Assembly (NCBI RefSeq): GCF_009914755.1 | Contig: NC_060926.1 | Length of the DNA stretch: 64,000 bases | From: the human T2T-CHM13v2.0 reference genome, Homo sapiens | Reading direction: 5' to 3' (one strand) | Shown here: piece by piece, positions 19,506-35,427 of the stretch | Layout: each line of letters begins with the position of its first letter | Numbering within the stretch: the stretch's first letter is position 1 | Notes under the pieces: generated by a model | Databases searched by the model: none | Seen by the model: the letters and a program-made list of their open reading frames with translations, nothing else | Told to the model about the DNA's origin: nothing | Made by a program: the position numbers and the translations under genes

Positions 19506-19699
19506 AGTGGAGGGGAGTCAGTGATGTACTAAAGAGCCATAGGAAAAGAATGCATAGTGCCTCAAAACGAAAATAGACAAAAGGGTTTATTTGACTAAAT
19601 CTATGAACATAAGAATTGGGCTAGGGTGGTATATATTGAAGTTGAAAAGTCCTGGAATAATTAAAACAACTGAGTTAAATGAGCTACATCTTGGAATAA

Positions 19700-19815
19700 T
19701 TCATTCATTAATTCATTTATTTAATAGACATTTTTGGGACCATAATTAATATAAAGCACTCATACTACTAAGATAAATAAGACACAGCCCCTGCCTTCTA
19801 GGTGCTCAAAGTTAG
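19700..19815 (-). mobile_element. L2 3' end fragment
   Basis: (ATTC)-like tail followed by aataagacacagcccctgccttc...gctca. Confidence 0.6.
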
Positions 19816-20819
19816 GTAGTTCATGCATAAATGATCCCCCAAGTTCCCCCTAAAATAGTTCTTTGTATATACACTATGCTCAACACAAAGTATTACAGTT
19901 TATGTCCAAAGACTACACAGAAATAATGCTGCAAAGATACAATGATGTTGTTGGCACAGATCTCCTGCTTTAACATGGTATCAGATAAAAAAAGAAAGAA
20001 ATATTAATCATTTTTAACAAAAATAGAAGAAAGATATTGGGCAGAGTGGCCAAAGTAAATAGACTTTGCTGGAGATTCCTTCTGGTGGGTATAAGTGCCT
20101 TCATAGAACATTATTTGGAAGTGATGGAGTATGTTCAAGATTCTTGGGTTCCACTAAAATTGCTCAAAGGCCTTGAGAAAACAGGGGTTATAATTCATGT
20201 TTCTGGACCAGAATTTTTTGACATATCCAAAAGGACTCCCAGGAGGAATGTGAGATTGCTGGATTAAGGAACATGGCCTTGCTGTTGCACAACACGCATA
20301 TCACAGCCCTATTCTAAAAACAAGGCATAATTCTGAGCAAAAGAGAGGAGATAGGGAGGTGTACAGCAACAGAGGGAAGCAAGCAAAGATGGAAGCAGAG
20401 CTGGACAATGGCACCGGAGGCAGAAGGAATGAAGAAGAGGCAGTGGGGACAGCTTATACCAACTAGCATTAGCCACGGCCAATTGTTGGAGCTGATTTGA
20501 TTGGAAGGCAAGGCAAGTCAGTTGAAAAAAACCTAGCATTTTTAGCTAATTTGGCTGTTTTAAAAATTGAATTGATCAGTTTTAGTGGGAAGATCTAGCC
20601 ACTGTATCATACTGAACCATACAGGAAACACAGGGAAAAGGAAGATGGTCCATGGACAGGTGGTAGAGAAAGAGGACATTGCTTTAAGCACTGCACTTCT
20701 TGGCTTACCTTGGACCTTGGACTAGAGTCAGCCTGAAGACCAGGGAGAAAACACTCTAGTGGAGGGAGAGGATTTATAAGGAAGAAGATGCATCATCTCT
20801 TCCTCCGTTCTCTAGTGCA

Positions 20820-21330
20820 CTCTTCACATCACTGCCCTCTTCACATCACTGCCCTCACCTTCCCTAAAACACTGCTGTTGTTATACGTTTCTCTTGTTTA
20901 CTGACTTGTGGTAATTTAGATTTGCAGGAAAAAACATGCTTCTAAGTTTTTCATTTCAGACTACCAATCTGGCCCTACTATTTAACTTTCAAATCTACTA
21001 GCACCCAACAATAGCAGAGTAGTTCTCTTGTTCCATAACCTTCTGCCTCCGTTCTTTTTCACCACCTGAAACATGTTCTCTTCTTTTCTTCTGATCTTAG
21101 ACATACTTTAAAGCCTTTCTGTACAATGAAGTTTCCTGGATCACTCAAGATGAGCTCCCTTCTCTTCCCACTGATATGTTCATTTGTTTAACAGCCCATT
21201 TATTCATTTATTTATTTGCTGAATTAATACTCATTGGATGAACATACTTATTAAGCATCCACTATTTGCCAAGGACTAGGTAGATAGATTTAAGACACAT
21301 TTTCTATGCTCGAGGAGTTTGATGTGAAGG
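20820..21330. mobile_element. L2 fragments (both orientations), with a 17-bp tandem duplication at 20820-20853
   Basis: CTCTTCACATCACTGCC x2; aatctggcccta...; aacatacttattaagcatccactatttgccaagg... Confidence 0.5.
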
Positions 21331-22094
21331 AGAGAATTCTCAACTCCTATAGCACTCACTCGTTAGCAATATCATGCTCTACATTGCTAGTTATATTTTT
21401 CATGTTCTCTTTCTGCTGCTATTGTTTGTTTTATTTTAATCTGTAAAATACATTTTTTTAAAGGCAGATAACCTGTTTTCCAGTTCTTTTTATTCCCCCT
21501 AAAGCCTTGCTGTTACGAAACTCCCTGGAAGCATAAAGGGTTTGGAAGTGCTTGAGAGCAGTGGGCTGGTAGCAACAAGTGCATGACAGGCCAGAGAGTG
21601 GGAGAAGGGATCAACGTATGTGATTTGATGGCTGTAAAAGGAAACAAATTACTTCATGTGACTACTGGAGCCTAAAATCAGAAAGGCGAGGGCTATTTTC
21701 CCTGTTTAAAATGAGCATATCAATGAGGAAGGCCTCTGAGGAGTTACTGATTTGTGTCCCCTCATATCCCAGGGATCCAGGAACATGAGACCCAGCCTCA
21801 CCTGTGAGAAACAATGTAGAATGGCATAGGGATTGACTGAGTGGTCCAGACTGTTAGCATGGGCGTTGAGCACAGGGCACCATGTTGCCTTATCTCTCAG
21901 GAGGTGTCTTCGGCAGGCAGCAAGATTACATTTGAACAGTCATAGAGGCCAAGGCCCCCTTTTGGGATTCCAGATTGTTGCTGGAAGAGAGACTCCACCT
22001 CACCCATCCCCTTTCCCTCTGATTTATTCAGGTTATGTATGGACACTCAAACAGGGTGCATGCTGTGAAGAACACATGATTCAGTCAGAAAACA

Positions 22095-22330
22095 ATGAAT
22101 GAGGAGTCAGGAAAGGTGGTTGTAGACTTAGTCTTGGCTCTAATGACTTGTGTGACTTGGGGCAATCCCTTTTCCTCTGGGCCTTCGTTTTCCCATCTGA
22201 AAAGTAAGGGAGCTGAAATAGTTCAGTCATTTTGTTCAACTTTTTAAACAGTAGAACCCTTTCATCAAACAAATCATAATGCAGAAGTTCAGGATACAGG
22301 ACATATAGAGGCAGAGCTGAATTGACTGAT
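22095..22330. mobile_element. MIR fragments
   Basis: gaggagtcagg...tgtgtgacttggggcaatcccttttcctctgggccttcgttttcccatctgaaaa. Confidence 0.65.
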
Positions 22331-23637
22331 AAGGCCCAGAAGGGAATAAATAGACCACTCACTTACTCAGGACTTCCTCTCCCTTCTGCTGCCCAGCACA
22401 CCTTTTGAAAACCTCTGGACTAGAAGGGTGGACTCTACAAGTTTTAACAATTAGGATGCAAAATTAACCAAAATTAATATTAAGAGGCTCATACCCAATA
22501 CAAGCATTTTGATAAATCATGTAGACTTACTACTCTCTATCCTTGTGTTAACTATTAGTAAAACTCATTTTTACCTTTAAGAACAAAATAAATATAGCTG
22601 GAAGTTTTAATGTTTCCTTCCCACACCCCAGTGGCTTGTCTTGCTCAATTCCTAAAGTGCACATGCCCTGGTTTGGAGACCACTGGCCCTCAGGGATCCC
22701 CAGGTTCTTTCCAGCCCTGCTGCTTGCCTGGAGTGCCAGCATTTCCCAGCCTTATTTATTACTTATAGAAGAAGCAATTTTCTGGGTTCCTGGGAGAGTG
22801 AGAGCATAGCAGCCATTGTGGGGAGATTAAAAATACTCCACTAAGAACTGGAGACTCTGTCAGTATCTCTGTGGGCCAGGCCTGCTCTGCTGGTTCAGGC
22901 ATCTGCCTGGGACCCTCCCCTGCATTCACCTGTAGTCTCTCAAGTCTCCTGGGAAAATTTCTCAGCACGTGTCTGGCATGTGCCTCTCTTCTAGCCATGA
23001 ACCAGTAGCCCCAAACCAGGCTGTGCCAGATTTCTCAGAACTCTTCTGATGAACAAAGAACAGCAGCTTGAACACTCTGCACCACCATCTAAGAAATATT
23101 TTGTGAGGAGTAGGGAGCTTAGGGGGATGTGTATGACAGCCTCTCCTTCGTCATGCTCTGGCCAAGTGGCTATCTGTTCCTGGAAAAGAAAGGAAGATGG
23201 GGGAATTGTTGGGTCGCTTTCTTTGGGAGGACCGTGGGGGCTCAGGGGCGCGGTGGCTGAGGCCCAGACCCCAGTTCCCAGTCCCCATCCACTCATAACT
23301 CATTTGAGAGATATGCAGAGCTGTCAGAACTGCCAAAAGCCTCCTTGCCAAGGCAGGCTTCTCTCCAAATGGGCTTCTATATTTATGTGAAACCAAAATA
23401 AAACACAGCGCTAAAAGGCAACAGACATAAAATCAGGCAATTGCTCACAAGGGCATGTTTAATGAAAGGCAAGACAGTAGGGGGTGAGGCCATGAGGGGC
23501 GACCCAGAGCAGAACGATGTCTCGGTGGGCCTCAGGGATCTTGACTTAGGTGCTGCCAGGATGCTGTCCACAGACAACGGCCAGGCAAGTCTCAATGCCC
23601 CCTGTCTTAGTACAGCCCACACAGAGACATCAGAAGC

Positions 23638-24092
23638 TGTATTAGTTTTCTGGGGCTGCCATAACAAAGTACCACAAACCGAGTGGCTTAAAACAACAGA
23701 AGTTATGCTCTCCCAATTCTGGAGGTCAGAACTGTAAAATCAAAAGGTGTTGCCAGAGCCATCCTCTGTCTGAAGGCTCCAGGGGAGGATCCTTCCTTGT
23801 CTCTTCCAGCTTCTCATGGCTGCTGGCATCCTCAGTGTTCTTGGCTCATAGCTGCATCACTCCAGTCTCTGCCTCTGTCTTCACATGGATGTCTCTCCTG
23901 TGTGTCTGCATCTCTCTGTCTGAAGTTCCCTCTTATAAGGATACCAGCCATATTGGATTTAACGCCCACCTTAATAGAGTATGGCCTCATCCTGACTTGA
24001 TTACATCTATAAAACCCCTGTTTCTCCATAAGGTCACAGTTACAGGTTCTAGGTGGATATAGATTTTGGGGGATAATATTCAATCTGGTCTA
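23638..24092 (-). mobile_element. MLT1C-like MaLR LTR
   Basis: TGTATTAGTTTTCTGGGGCTGCCATAACAAAGTACCACAAAC...cttataaggataccagccatattgg...ttttgggggataatattcaa; ~455 bp. Confidence 0.88.
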
Positions 24093-24524
24093 GACCCCAA
24101 ATGCACCCTGTGCCATGGAAAAGTGGGGGCTTTTTTTTAAAAAAGAAAGTCTGCTTTCTTAAACTCAGAATATTACACCCCTTCTCCAGTTTAGCAAAGG
24201 CTCTAGGCGGATGGGAAGGGTGATGGTCTTGCAGTCTCCCTTCAGGCTCCTCACACAGGCAGGTCTCTCAGAAGTCCAGATGCTTAATCCCCCTCTCAGC
24301 ATAACCCAGGAAACTAGAGGTCTCACCACTTTTGAAAGACTTCCAGGAAAGATGATACACAACTTACATTCTTGGTGGACAGGAGAAGGTCCAAATTTCA
24401 AATAGGATTGATCAAATCAAACCTCTGTCTGAGCTGTGTCAGCTGAGTAGGGCATAGAAACATCTACCCTGAATTTTGAAGATAACTTTAAAGCTTGGAC
24501 AGATGACGCCTCTTTTCCACTGCT

Positions 24525-24846
24525 TTTTTTTTGTTTGTTTGTCTGTTTTTTTTTTGTTTGTTTTTTGTTTTAAATAGATGGATTTTCCCTCTTGTTGTCC
24601 AGGCTGGAGTGCTCACGGCACTCTCGGCTTGTGGCAACCTCCGCCTCCCGGGTTCAAGTGATTCAGCCTCCCGAGTAGCTGGGGTTACAGGCATGTGCCA
24701 CCTTGCGCGGTTAATTCTGTATTTTTAGTAGATACAGAGTTTCTCCATGTTGGTCAGGCTGGTCTCAAACTCCTCACCTCAGGTGATCCACCCACCTCAG
24801 CCTCCCAAAGTGCTGGAATTACAGGCGTGAGCCACCACTCCCAGCC
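24525..24846 (-). mobile_element. AluSp/Sq-like element with (GTTT)n tail, abutting the L1 3' end
   Basis: ctcttgttg and ttctccatgttggtcagg diagnostics; small internal deletions; no clean TSD. Confidence 0.9.
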
Positions 24847-25074
24847 CCCCAACCCCTTTTTCTTTTTTTTAATTACACTTTAAGTTCTGGTACACATGTG
24901 CAGAACGTGCAGTTTTGTTACACAGGTATACATGTGCCATGGTGGTTTGCTGCACCCATCAACCCATAATCTACATTAGGTATTTCTCCTGATGCTATCC
25001 CCTCCCTTGCCCCAAACCCCCAACAGGCCCTGGAGTGTGATGTCCCCCTCCCTGTGCCCATGTGTTCTCATTGT

Positions 25075-29192
<4,118 letters not shown>

Positions 29193-29255
29193 TATGATGC
29201 TAGCTAGTTATTTTGCCCATTAGTTGAGGCAGTTTCTTCGTAGTATCAATGGTCT

Positions 29256-30276
29256 TTACATTTGAGTTTGTTTTTGCAGTGGCTGGTACTGGTTTTTCCT
29301 TTCCATAGTTAGTGCTTCCTTCAGGAGCTCTTGTAAGGTAGGCCTGGTGGTGACAAAATCCCTCAGCATTTTCTTGTCTCTAAAGGATTTTATTTCTCCT
29401 TCACTTATAAAGCTTACTTTGGCTGGATATGAAATTCTGGGTTGAAAATTATTTTCTTTAACAATGTTGAATACTGGCCTCCACTCCCTTCTGGCTTGTA
29501 TGGTTTCTGCAGAGAGATCCAATGTTAGTCTGATGGGCTTCCCTTTGTGGGTAACCCGACCTTTCTCTGGCTGCCCTTAACATTTTTTCCTTTATTTCAA
29601 CCTGGGTGAATCTGACGATTATGTGTCTTGGGGTTGCTCTTCCCAAGGAGTATCTTTGTGGTGTTCTCTGTATTTCCTGAATTTGAATGTTGGCCTGTCT
29701 TGCTAGGTTGTGGAAGTTCTGGATAATATCCTGATGTGTGTTTTCCAACTTGGTTCCGTTTTCCCTGTCACTTTCAGGTACACCAATCAAACATAGGTTT
29801 GGTCTTTTAACATAGTCCCATATTTCTTGGAGGCTTTGTTCGTTCATTTTCATTCCTTTTTCTCTAATCTTATCTTTATGCTTTATTTCATTAAGTTGAT
29901 CTTCAATCTCTGATATCTTTTCTTCCACTTGATTGATTTGGCTATTGATGTATGTGTATGCTTCACAAAGTTCTTGTGCTGTGTTTTCCAGCTCCATCAG
30001 GTCATTTATATTCTTCTCTAAGCTGGTTATTCTAGTTAGCAATTCCTCTAACCTTTTATCAAGGTTCTTCGCTTCCTTTCATTGGGTTAGAACATGCTGC
30101 TTTAGCTTGAAGGAGTTTGTTATTACCCACCTTCTGAAGCCTACTTATGTCAGTTCATCAAACTCATTCTCCATCCAGTTTTGTTCCCTTGCTGGAGAGG
30201 AGTTGTGATCCTTTGGAGTAGAAGAGGCATTCTGGTTTTTTGAATTTTCAGCCTTTTTGCACTGGTTTTTCCTCAT
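29256..30276 (-). pseudogene. L1 ORF1p, disrupted
   Basis: ATGAGGAAAAACC start at 30276; ORFs 29458-30042 (coiled coil, SLQEIWDYVKRPNL) and 29256-29522 (FQPRISYPAK). Confidence 0.9.
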
Positions 30277-30977
30277 CTTGCTGGATTTATCTACCTTTGG
30301 TCTTTGCTGTTGGTGACCTTCGGATAGAGTTTTTCATCCTTATTGTTGATATTGATGCTATTGCTTTCTGTTTGTTAGTTTTCCTTCTAACAGTCAGACC
30401 CCTCTTCTACAGGTCTGCTGGAGTTTGCTGGGGGTCTATTCCAGACGCTGTTGGCCTGGATATCACCAACGGATGCTGCAGAACAGCAAAGATTGCTGCC
30501 TGCTCCTTCCTCTGGAAGCTTTGTCCCAGAAGGGCTCCTGCCAAATGCCAGCCGGAGCTCTCCCGTAAGAGGTGTCTGTCGACCCCTGCTGGGAGGTGTC
30601 TCCCCATCAGGAGGCACAGGGATCAGGGACCCACTTGAGGAAGCAGTCTGCCCCTTAGCAGAGCTTGAGTGCTGTGTTGAGAGATCTGCTGCTCTCTTCA
30701 GAGCTGCCAGGCAGGAACACTTACGTCTGCTGAAGCTGTGCCCACAGCCGCCCCTTCCCCAAGGTGCTCTGTCACAGGGATATGGGAGTTTTATCTATAA
30801 GCCCCTGACTGGGGCTGCTGCCTTTCTTTCAGAGATGCCCTGCCCAGAGACGAGGAATCTAGAGAGGCAGTCTGACTACAGTGGCTTTGCAGTGCTGTGG
30901 TGGGCTCCGCCCAGTCTGAACTTCCCAGTGACTTTGTTTACACTGTGAGGGGAAAACTGCCTACTCAAGCCTCAGTA

Positions 30978-31307
30978 ATGGCGGACGTCCCTCTCCCCAG
31001 CAAGCTGGAGCATCCCAGGTCCACTTCAGACTGCTGTGCTGGCATTTCAAGCCAGTGGATCTTAGCTTGCTGGGCTCCCTGGGAGTGGGATCCACTGAGC
31101 CAGACCCTTTGGTTTCCTGGCTTCAGCCCTCTTTCCAGGGGAGTGAACAGTTCTGTCTCACTGGCGTTCCAGGCACCACTGGGGTATGAAAAAAATCTCC
31201 TGCAGCTAGCTTGGTGTCTGCCCAAACGGTCACCCAGTTTTGTGCTTGAAATCCAGGGCCCTGGTGGCATAGGCACCCTAGGGAATCTCCTGGTCTGTGG
31301 GTTGTGA
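30978..31307 (+). other. ORF0-homologous antisense open frame (109 codons) in the L1 5'UTR
   Basis: ATG in GTA-ATG-G context (purine at -3, G at +4); MADVPLPSKLEHPRSTSDCCAG aligns with recalled L1HS ORF0 MAGAPPPASLPPCSLISDCCAS; in frame within ORF 30897-31307. Confidence 0.65.
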
Positions 31308-31609
31308 AGACCATGGGCAAAGCATAGTATCTGGGCTGGATAGTACCATCCCTCATGGCAGGGTCCCTCATGGCTTCCCTTGGCTAAGGGAGGGAGTTCC
31401 CTGATCCCTTGCACTTCCCAAGTGAGGCGATGCCCGATCTTGCTTCTGCCCGCCCTCCATGGGCTGCACCCACTGTCTAACCAGTCCCAATAAGATGAAC
31501 TGGGTACCTCAGTTGGAAATGCAGAAATCACCCACCTTCTGCATTGATCTCTCTGGGAGCTGCAGACTGGAGCTGTTCCTATTTGGCCATCTTGCCTGGG
31601 AATCCCATC

Positions 31610-31612
<3 letters not shown>

Positions 31613-31659
<47 letters not shown>
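31613..31659. repeat. (ATT)n trinucleotide microsatellite (~15 units)
   Basis: Perfect attattatt run next to the L1 5' end. Confidence 0.95.
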
Positions 31660-33358
31660 TTTAAGAGAACTTTTGACTGCTGGATCTATAGGTTCATAAG
31701 TTCTTTTGATTTCTCCCTTTACTAGCCTCTTCTCTTCATTCTCCTGTTACTCTTACCTCATCTGTCTTTTGTTTTTTCTTTAATGTTTAGTTTCCAAGAA
31801 TTAAAAAATTTTTTTTCTATTTCTCCTCTTGGGCAATCTGCTAAATTGCCAGCTTAGAGGAACTCAGCTTCTCTCATGGGTGCTGATGCATACTCTCACC
31901 CTGGTCACTCCTTTGTAGCCTAACTTGCTCATGCAGTTCAAATTGATGGAGCTAGAGTTGAGAAAGAGATTTGAAAAGGGGAGAGGGCATGCAGGGAAAA
32001 TGACACCTTGAAGGAAACACTGGAAAATGCCGTGAAGTTTCTGAAACTCAACAACTGGCCCTGGCCAAGACCAACAGCAGAAAGGGTGGGAATGAGAAGG
32101 GGAAGAACGGGAAAATCCAAGCAGGTAGCCTTGGGCCGCGTAGAGTAAAAGCACAGAGATGACAACCCAGAAAAACTGGGGAAAAAAAACCAGGACACAC
32201 AAAAAGGCCTGACAAACTGGGACAGGGAATTGAAATGTGGGGGAGAACTAGGCAGACATTGTGGTATTTGGTTAAGTTCTTTATCTATGGTATTGGCTCA
32301 GTGAACTTTTCTGAAGCTTATAGTGTTGGGTTTCTGGATGTGTCCTACTGAGCAAGTCCTGAAAAATTCTCATAATCAAGTCCACCAAGCCCTTGGCTTT
32401 CAGCTCCATATTTCTAGAATGGAGGATTTTAATTCATTGCATCTTTTAAGTTTCCCAAAGAAGAATGCTTAGTTCAGGGGTCTTACTGTTTCCCTGAAGT
32501 CCCCAGGAAATGGTAGACTTCCCCATGTGGCCTAGATTAGAGCTGACTGGGTTCCCCAGGAGGCATAGCTGATCTGGAATGAGAAATGATGAGAGCAAAA
32601 TTCTAAAGGCCATGTTTTTCTGCTGAAATTCCCTCCATCCTTTTCAGCACTTCATCTTCTCCTGTTTAGTATCAACAGGCCTACTCTCCTTCATTACTCC
32701 AAAAACTTGGGACCTCACTCTCCCTCTTCACTCTGATTAAGTATATTTCCATTAACACCAAGTGGAAACCATTTTCCAGATAATATAAACTCTCTGAAGG
32801 ATTCACATCAGTTGTCTCCACCCCTATGTGGTCTATAGATAATAATAATTCACCTAGGAACTCCTGGATACCAAGAGGATCCAGGGTCCAGATCCTCTAG
32901 ATAAATGGATCTGGTAAATGAATTTGTAGTGGAGAGCAAATCTAGCCAAGGGTCAGCTGCACAGAGAGACACATTTAGGTGAAGACACTTTGGCTTGATA
33001 GTATGTCATCAAAATTGTTCTTGAAAATTCCTTACAAAGACAGCATTTTTGAAGACCATTACTTTGAGAGTTTCAACTAAAGGAACAGTGAGCTGCTTCA
33101 ATTTTAGAGAAAAGCTAGTCATCTGAACTTACTGAAATATGTTATGTCAGTCTGAGTTTGGGATCACATGGAGCAAAACAATATCTTGGCCAAAAATACT
33201 CACAGTTTGAAAGGCAAGCAGTTTTGAGCTGACTGAAGGAAATGCAGATTCCCACCTCACGTACCCCAAGCTGCACGTTACTTCCTCAAACAATGGGCAG
33301 TTACTTCTCCTTGCTGAAAATATATACCAATATATATATAAGTTAAAAGTGAGCTTGA

Positions 33359-33676
33359 GGCTAGGTGTGGTGTCTAACATCTATAATCCTAGCACTTTGA
33401 GAGGCTGAGGCAGGAGAATCACTTGAGGCTGGGAGTTGGAGACCAGCCTGGGCAACACAGTGAGACTCTGTCTCTACAAAAATAAAAATAATTAGCTTGG
33501 CATGGTGGCATGTAGTCCTAGCTAGTCAGGAGGCATTGGCAGAGGATTGCTTGTGCCCAGGAGTTCAAGGCTGCAGTGAACTATGATTGCACCATGCAGT
33601 GAACTATGATTGCACCACTGCACTCCAGCCTGGGAGATGGAGTGAGACCCAGTCTCAAAAAAAAAAAAAGAAAAAA
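33359..33676 (+). mobile_element. AluJ with a perfect 23-bp internal tandem duplication
   Basis: TSD GAGCTTGA at 33351-33358 and 33677-33684; TGCAGTGAACTATGATTGCACCA at 33572-33594 and 33595-33617. Confidence 0.93.
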
Positions 33677-35149
33677 GAGCTTGAGAAACTCTTCTCTGTT
33701 GACGTGAGCTCCTTGGCTGGTATGCAGTTGGAAGAAAAGGTTAGAATCACTCTTTCCTAAGCACCACCGAAAAAGTCAGAGCCAGCCCAGAATTGGGAGG
33801 ACCAATATTTACCCCAGGCCCTCTCCTCTTCCAGAGAAGCACACAAGCTTAAGATGAAGAGAGTGGTCCTGGAGATTCAAAAAAAAAAAAAAAATCTCAC
33901 TTTGTGTTTTTGAGGAATTTATTTTTTAAATTTTTAATTTTTTTTACCATTCACCTGAATTTTACTAAAATTAGAGTTTCCAAAGTGAGTCACTGCTGCT
34001 TTCTACTATGGCCCTAGTCCTTGGCCTGGGCCCCCCAACAGAAAAAACTGGGTGGGCCAGAGAATGGTGTGGCAGAGGGGAAGGTGGGAGCTGCAGCTGG
34101 AGAAACAGAGCCCGCATCATCCCCCTGCAGCTTCAGGGCTGCGGTCTGGGACTGACGCCTTCCATAGAATGTATTCGCCAGGCACATCATGCCTTGCTGC
34201 TCTGTTTACACAGGTGCCTTCCCTCCCCAGGGGTGCCAGGGATCTGCAAACATGCGTGACCGCATGCTTCCATAAGTTGGATGCTCACATCTGCACGTTG
34301 CCAAGGGGAGAAACTGAGGCCCAGAGTGGGGAAGGGAGGCTTTCAGAAGCCGGAAGGGCAGGCAGGTGTTCCAACTCCCCACTGGCTCTCTGGTTACCAG
34401 GCTGCCTTTGTCTTGTCAGATCTGCTCTTGACAGGGATAAAGCCTTTGGGCTTTTCACTCCGGGAGACTATAGCAGCTTTCCCATCCACCACTCCAAGCT
34501 AAAGCCCAAGCTCAGGGACTGTCGGGGGCGGGGAGCCGGGCTGGTGACCCTCAGCCACACCTGTGAGCCTGGAAACCACGGTCACATGCTTATCAAATGC
34601 CCCGTTGACTCTCCTAATACCTACTCCACTCCATTCACATAATTTTCCTCTCCCCTGCCCCAGTAGCTCCTGGAAAATAAACTGAGGGAAGTCAAAGTGG
34701 AAACCCAGCCTGTTCATTTATTTGTCTGTCTTTTTGTTCAATTGCCCAATTTCAGATCCTCAGCCCAAATGTCCCAGATCCCTCAATAGAGAAGTTGTAA
34801 GGAAACAAAAAGTTGTAAAGGAAACAAAAAAGGCAGATAAAAAGAGATAAAAAAAAAACAACATCCCGTGTTTTAAAAGGGTCAAGGCTACACTGTGCAT
34901 CCAGAAATGCCCACCTGGTGCCAAAGCTATAAGGAGATGCAAAGAAGGGACAATTCTGTAAGTCAGGAGAGTGTCCACTTTCAGGGAGTGAGGAAGCATT
35001 GAGATTGAGATGGGACACCAGAGGGATCTATTTCATTGCCCCAGAGTTGACTATAATACAGTGCATCTTATAATAATCCATTAAGTTATATGTTTATTTT
35101 GTGTGGCTTTCTATAAGTGTGTTTTATTTTGCAATAAAAGGGTTAAATA

Positions 35150-35232
35150 CTTTGGGAGGCTGAGGCAGGAGGATTCCTTGAGGCCAGGAGTTTGAGATCA
35201 GCCTAGACAACAAAGCAAGACTCCTTTTCTAC
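35150..35232 (+). mobile_element. Alu monomer fragment (FLAM/AluJ-like), no tail or TSD
   Basis: ctttgggaggctgaggcaggaggattccttgaggccaggagtttgagatcagcctagacaac. Confidence 0.8.
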
Positions 35233-35387
35233 TATAGATCTGAATCTTTTAGGATATAGATCCATGTCATGCGGCCCTCCCGGTTGACAGAGACATGTCA
35301 GAGTAGCAGCCTCTGCTCGGGGCACCAGTTTCTCCACCCTAAATTCAGAGAGTAGCTCTTCAAGGAGCAGCTGCAAGAGGCATGGTA

Positions 35388-35427
35388 TTAGGTTGGTACA
35401 AAAGTAATTACTTTTGCACCAACCAAA
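35388..35427. mobile_element. MADE1 (Hsmar1-derived MITE), internally deleted
   Basis: TA|TTAGGTTGGTACAAAAGTAATTACTTTTGCACCAACCAAA|TA: both terminal repeats and TA TSD. Confidence 0.88.

Noticed and set aside
34052-34642. 196-aa ORF on the plus strand
   Set aside because: Non-ATG start, includes a MIR core (GETEAQ from ggagaaactgaggcccag), no recognisable domain; expected by chance in GC-richer DNA.
34905-34925. CTCF-like motif GCCCACCTGGTGCCA
   Set aside because: Deviates at core positions; cannot be supported without a PWM score or ChIP data.
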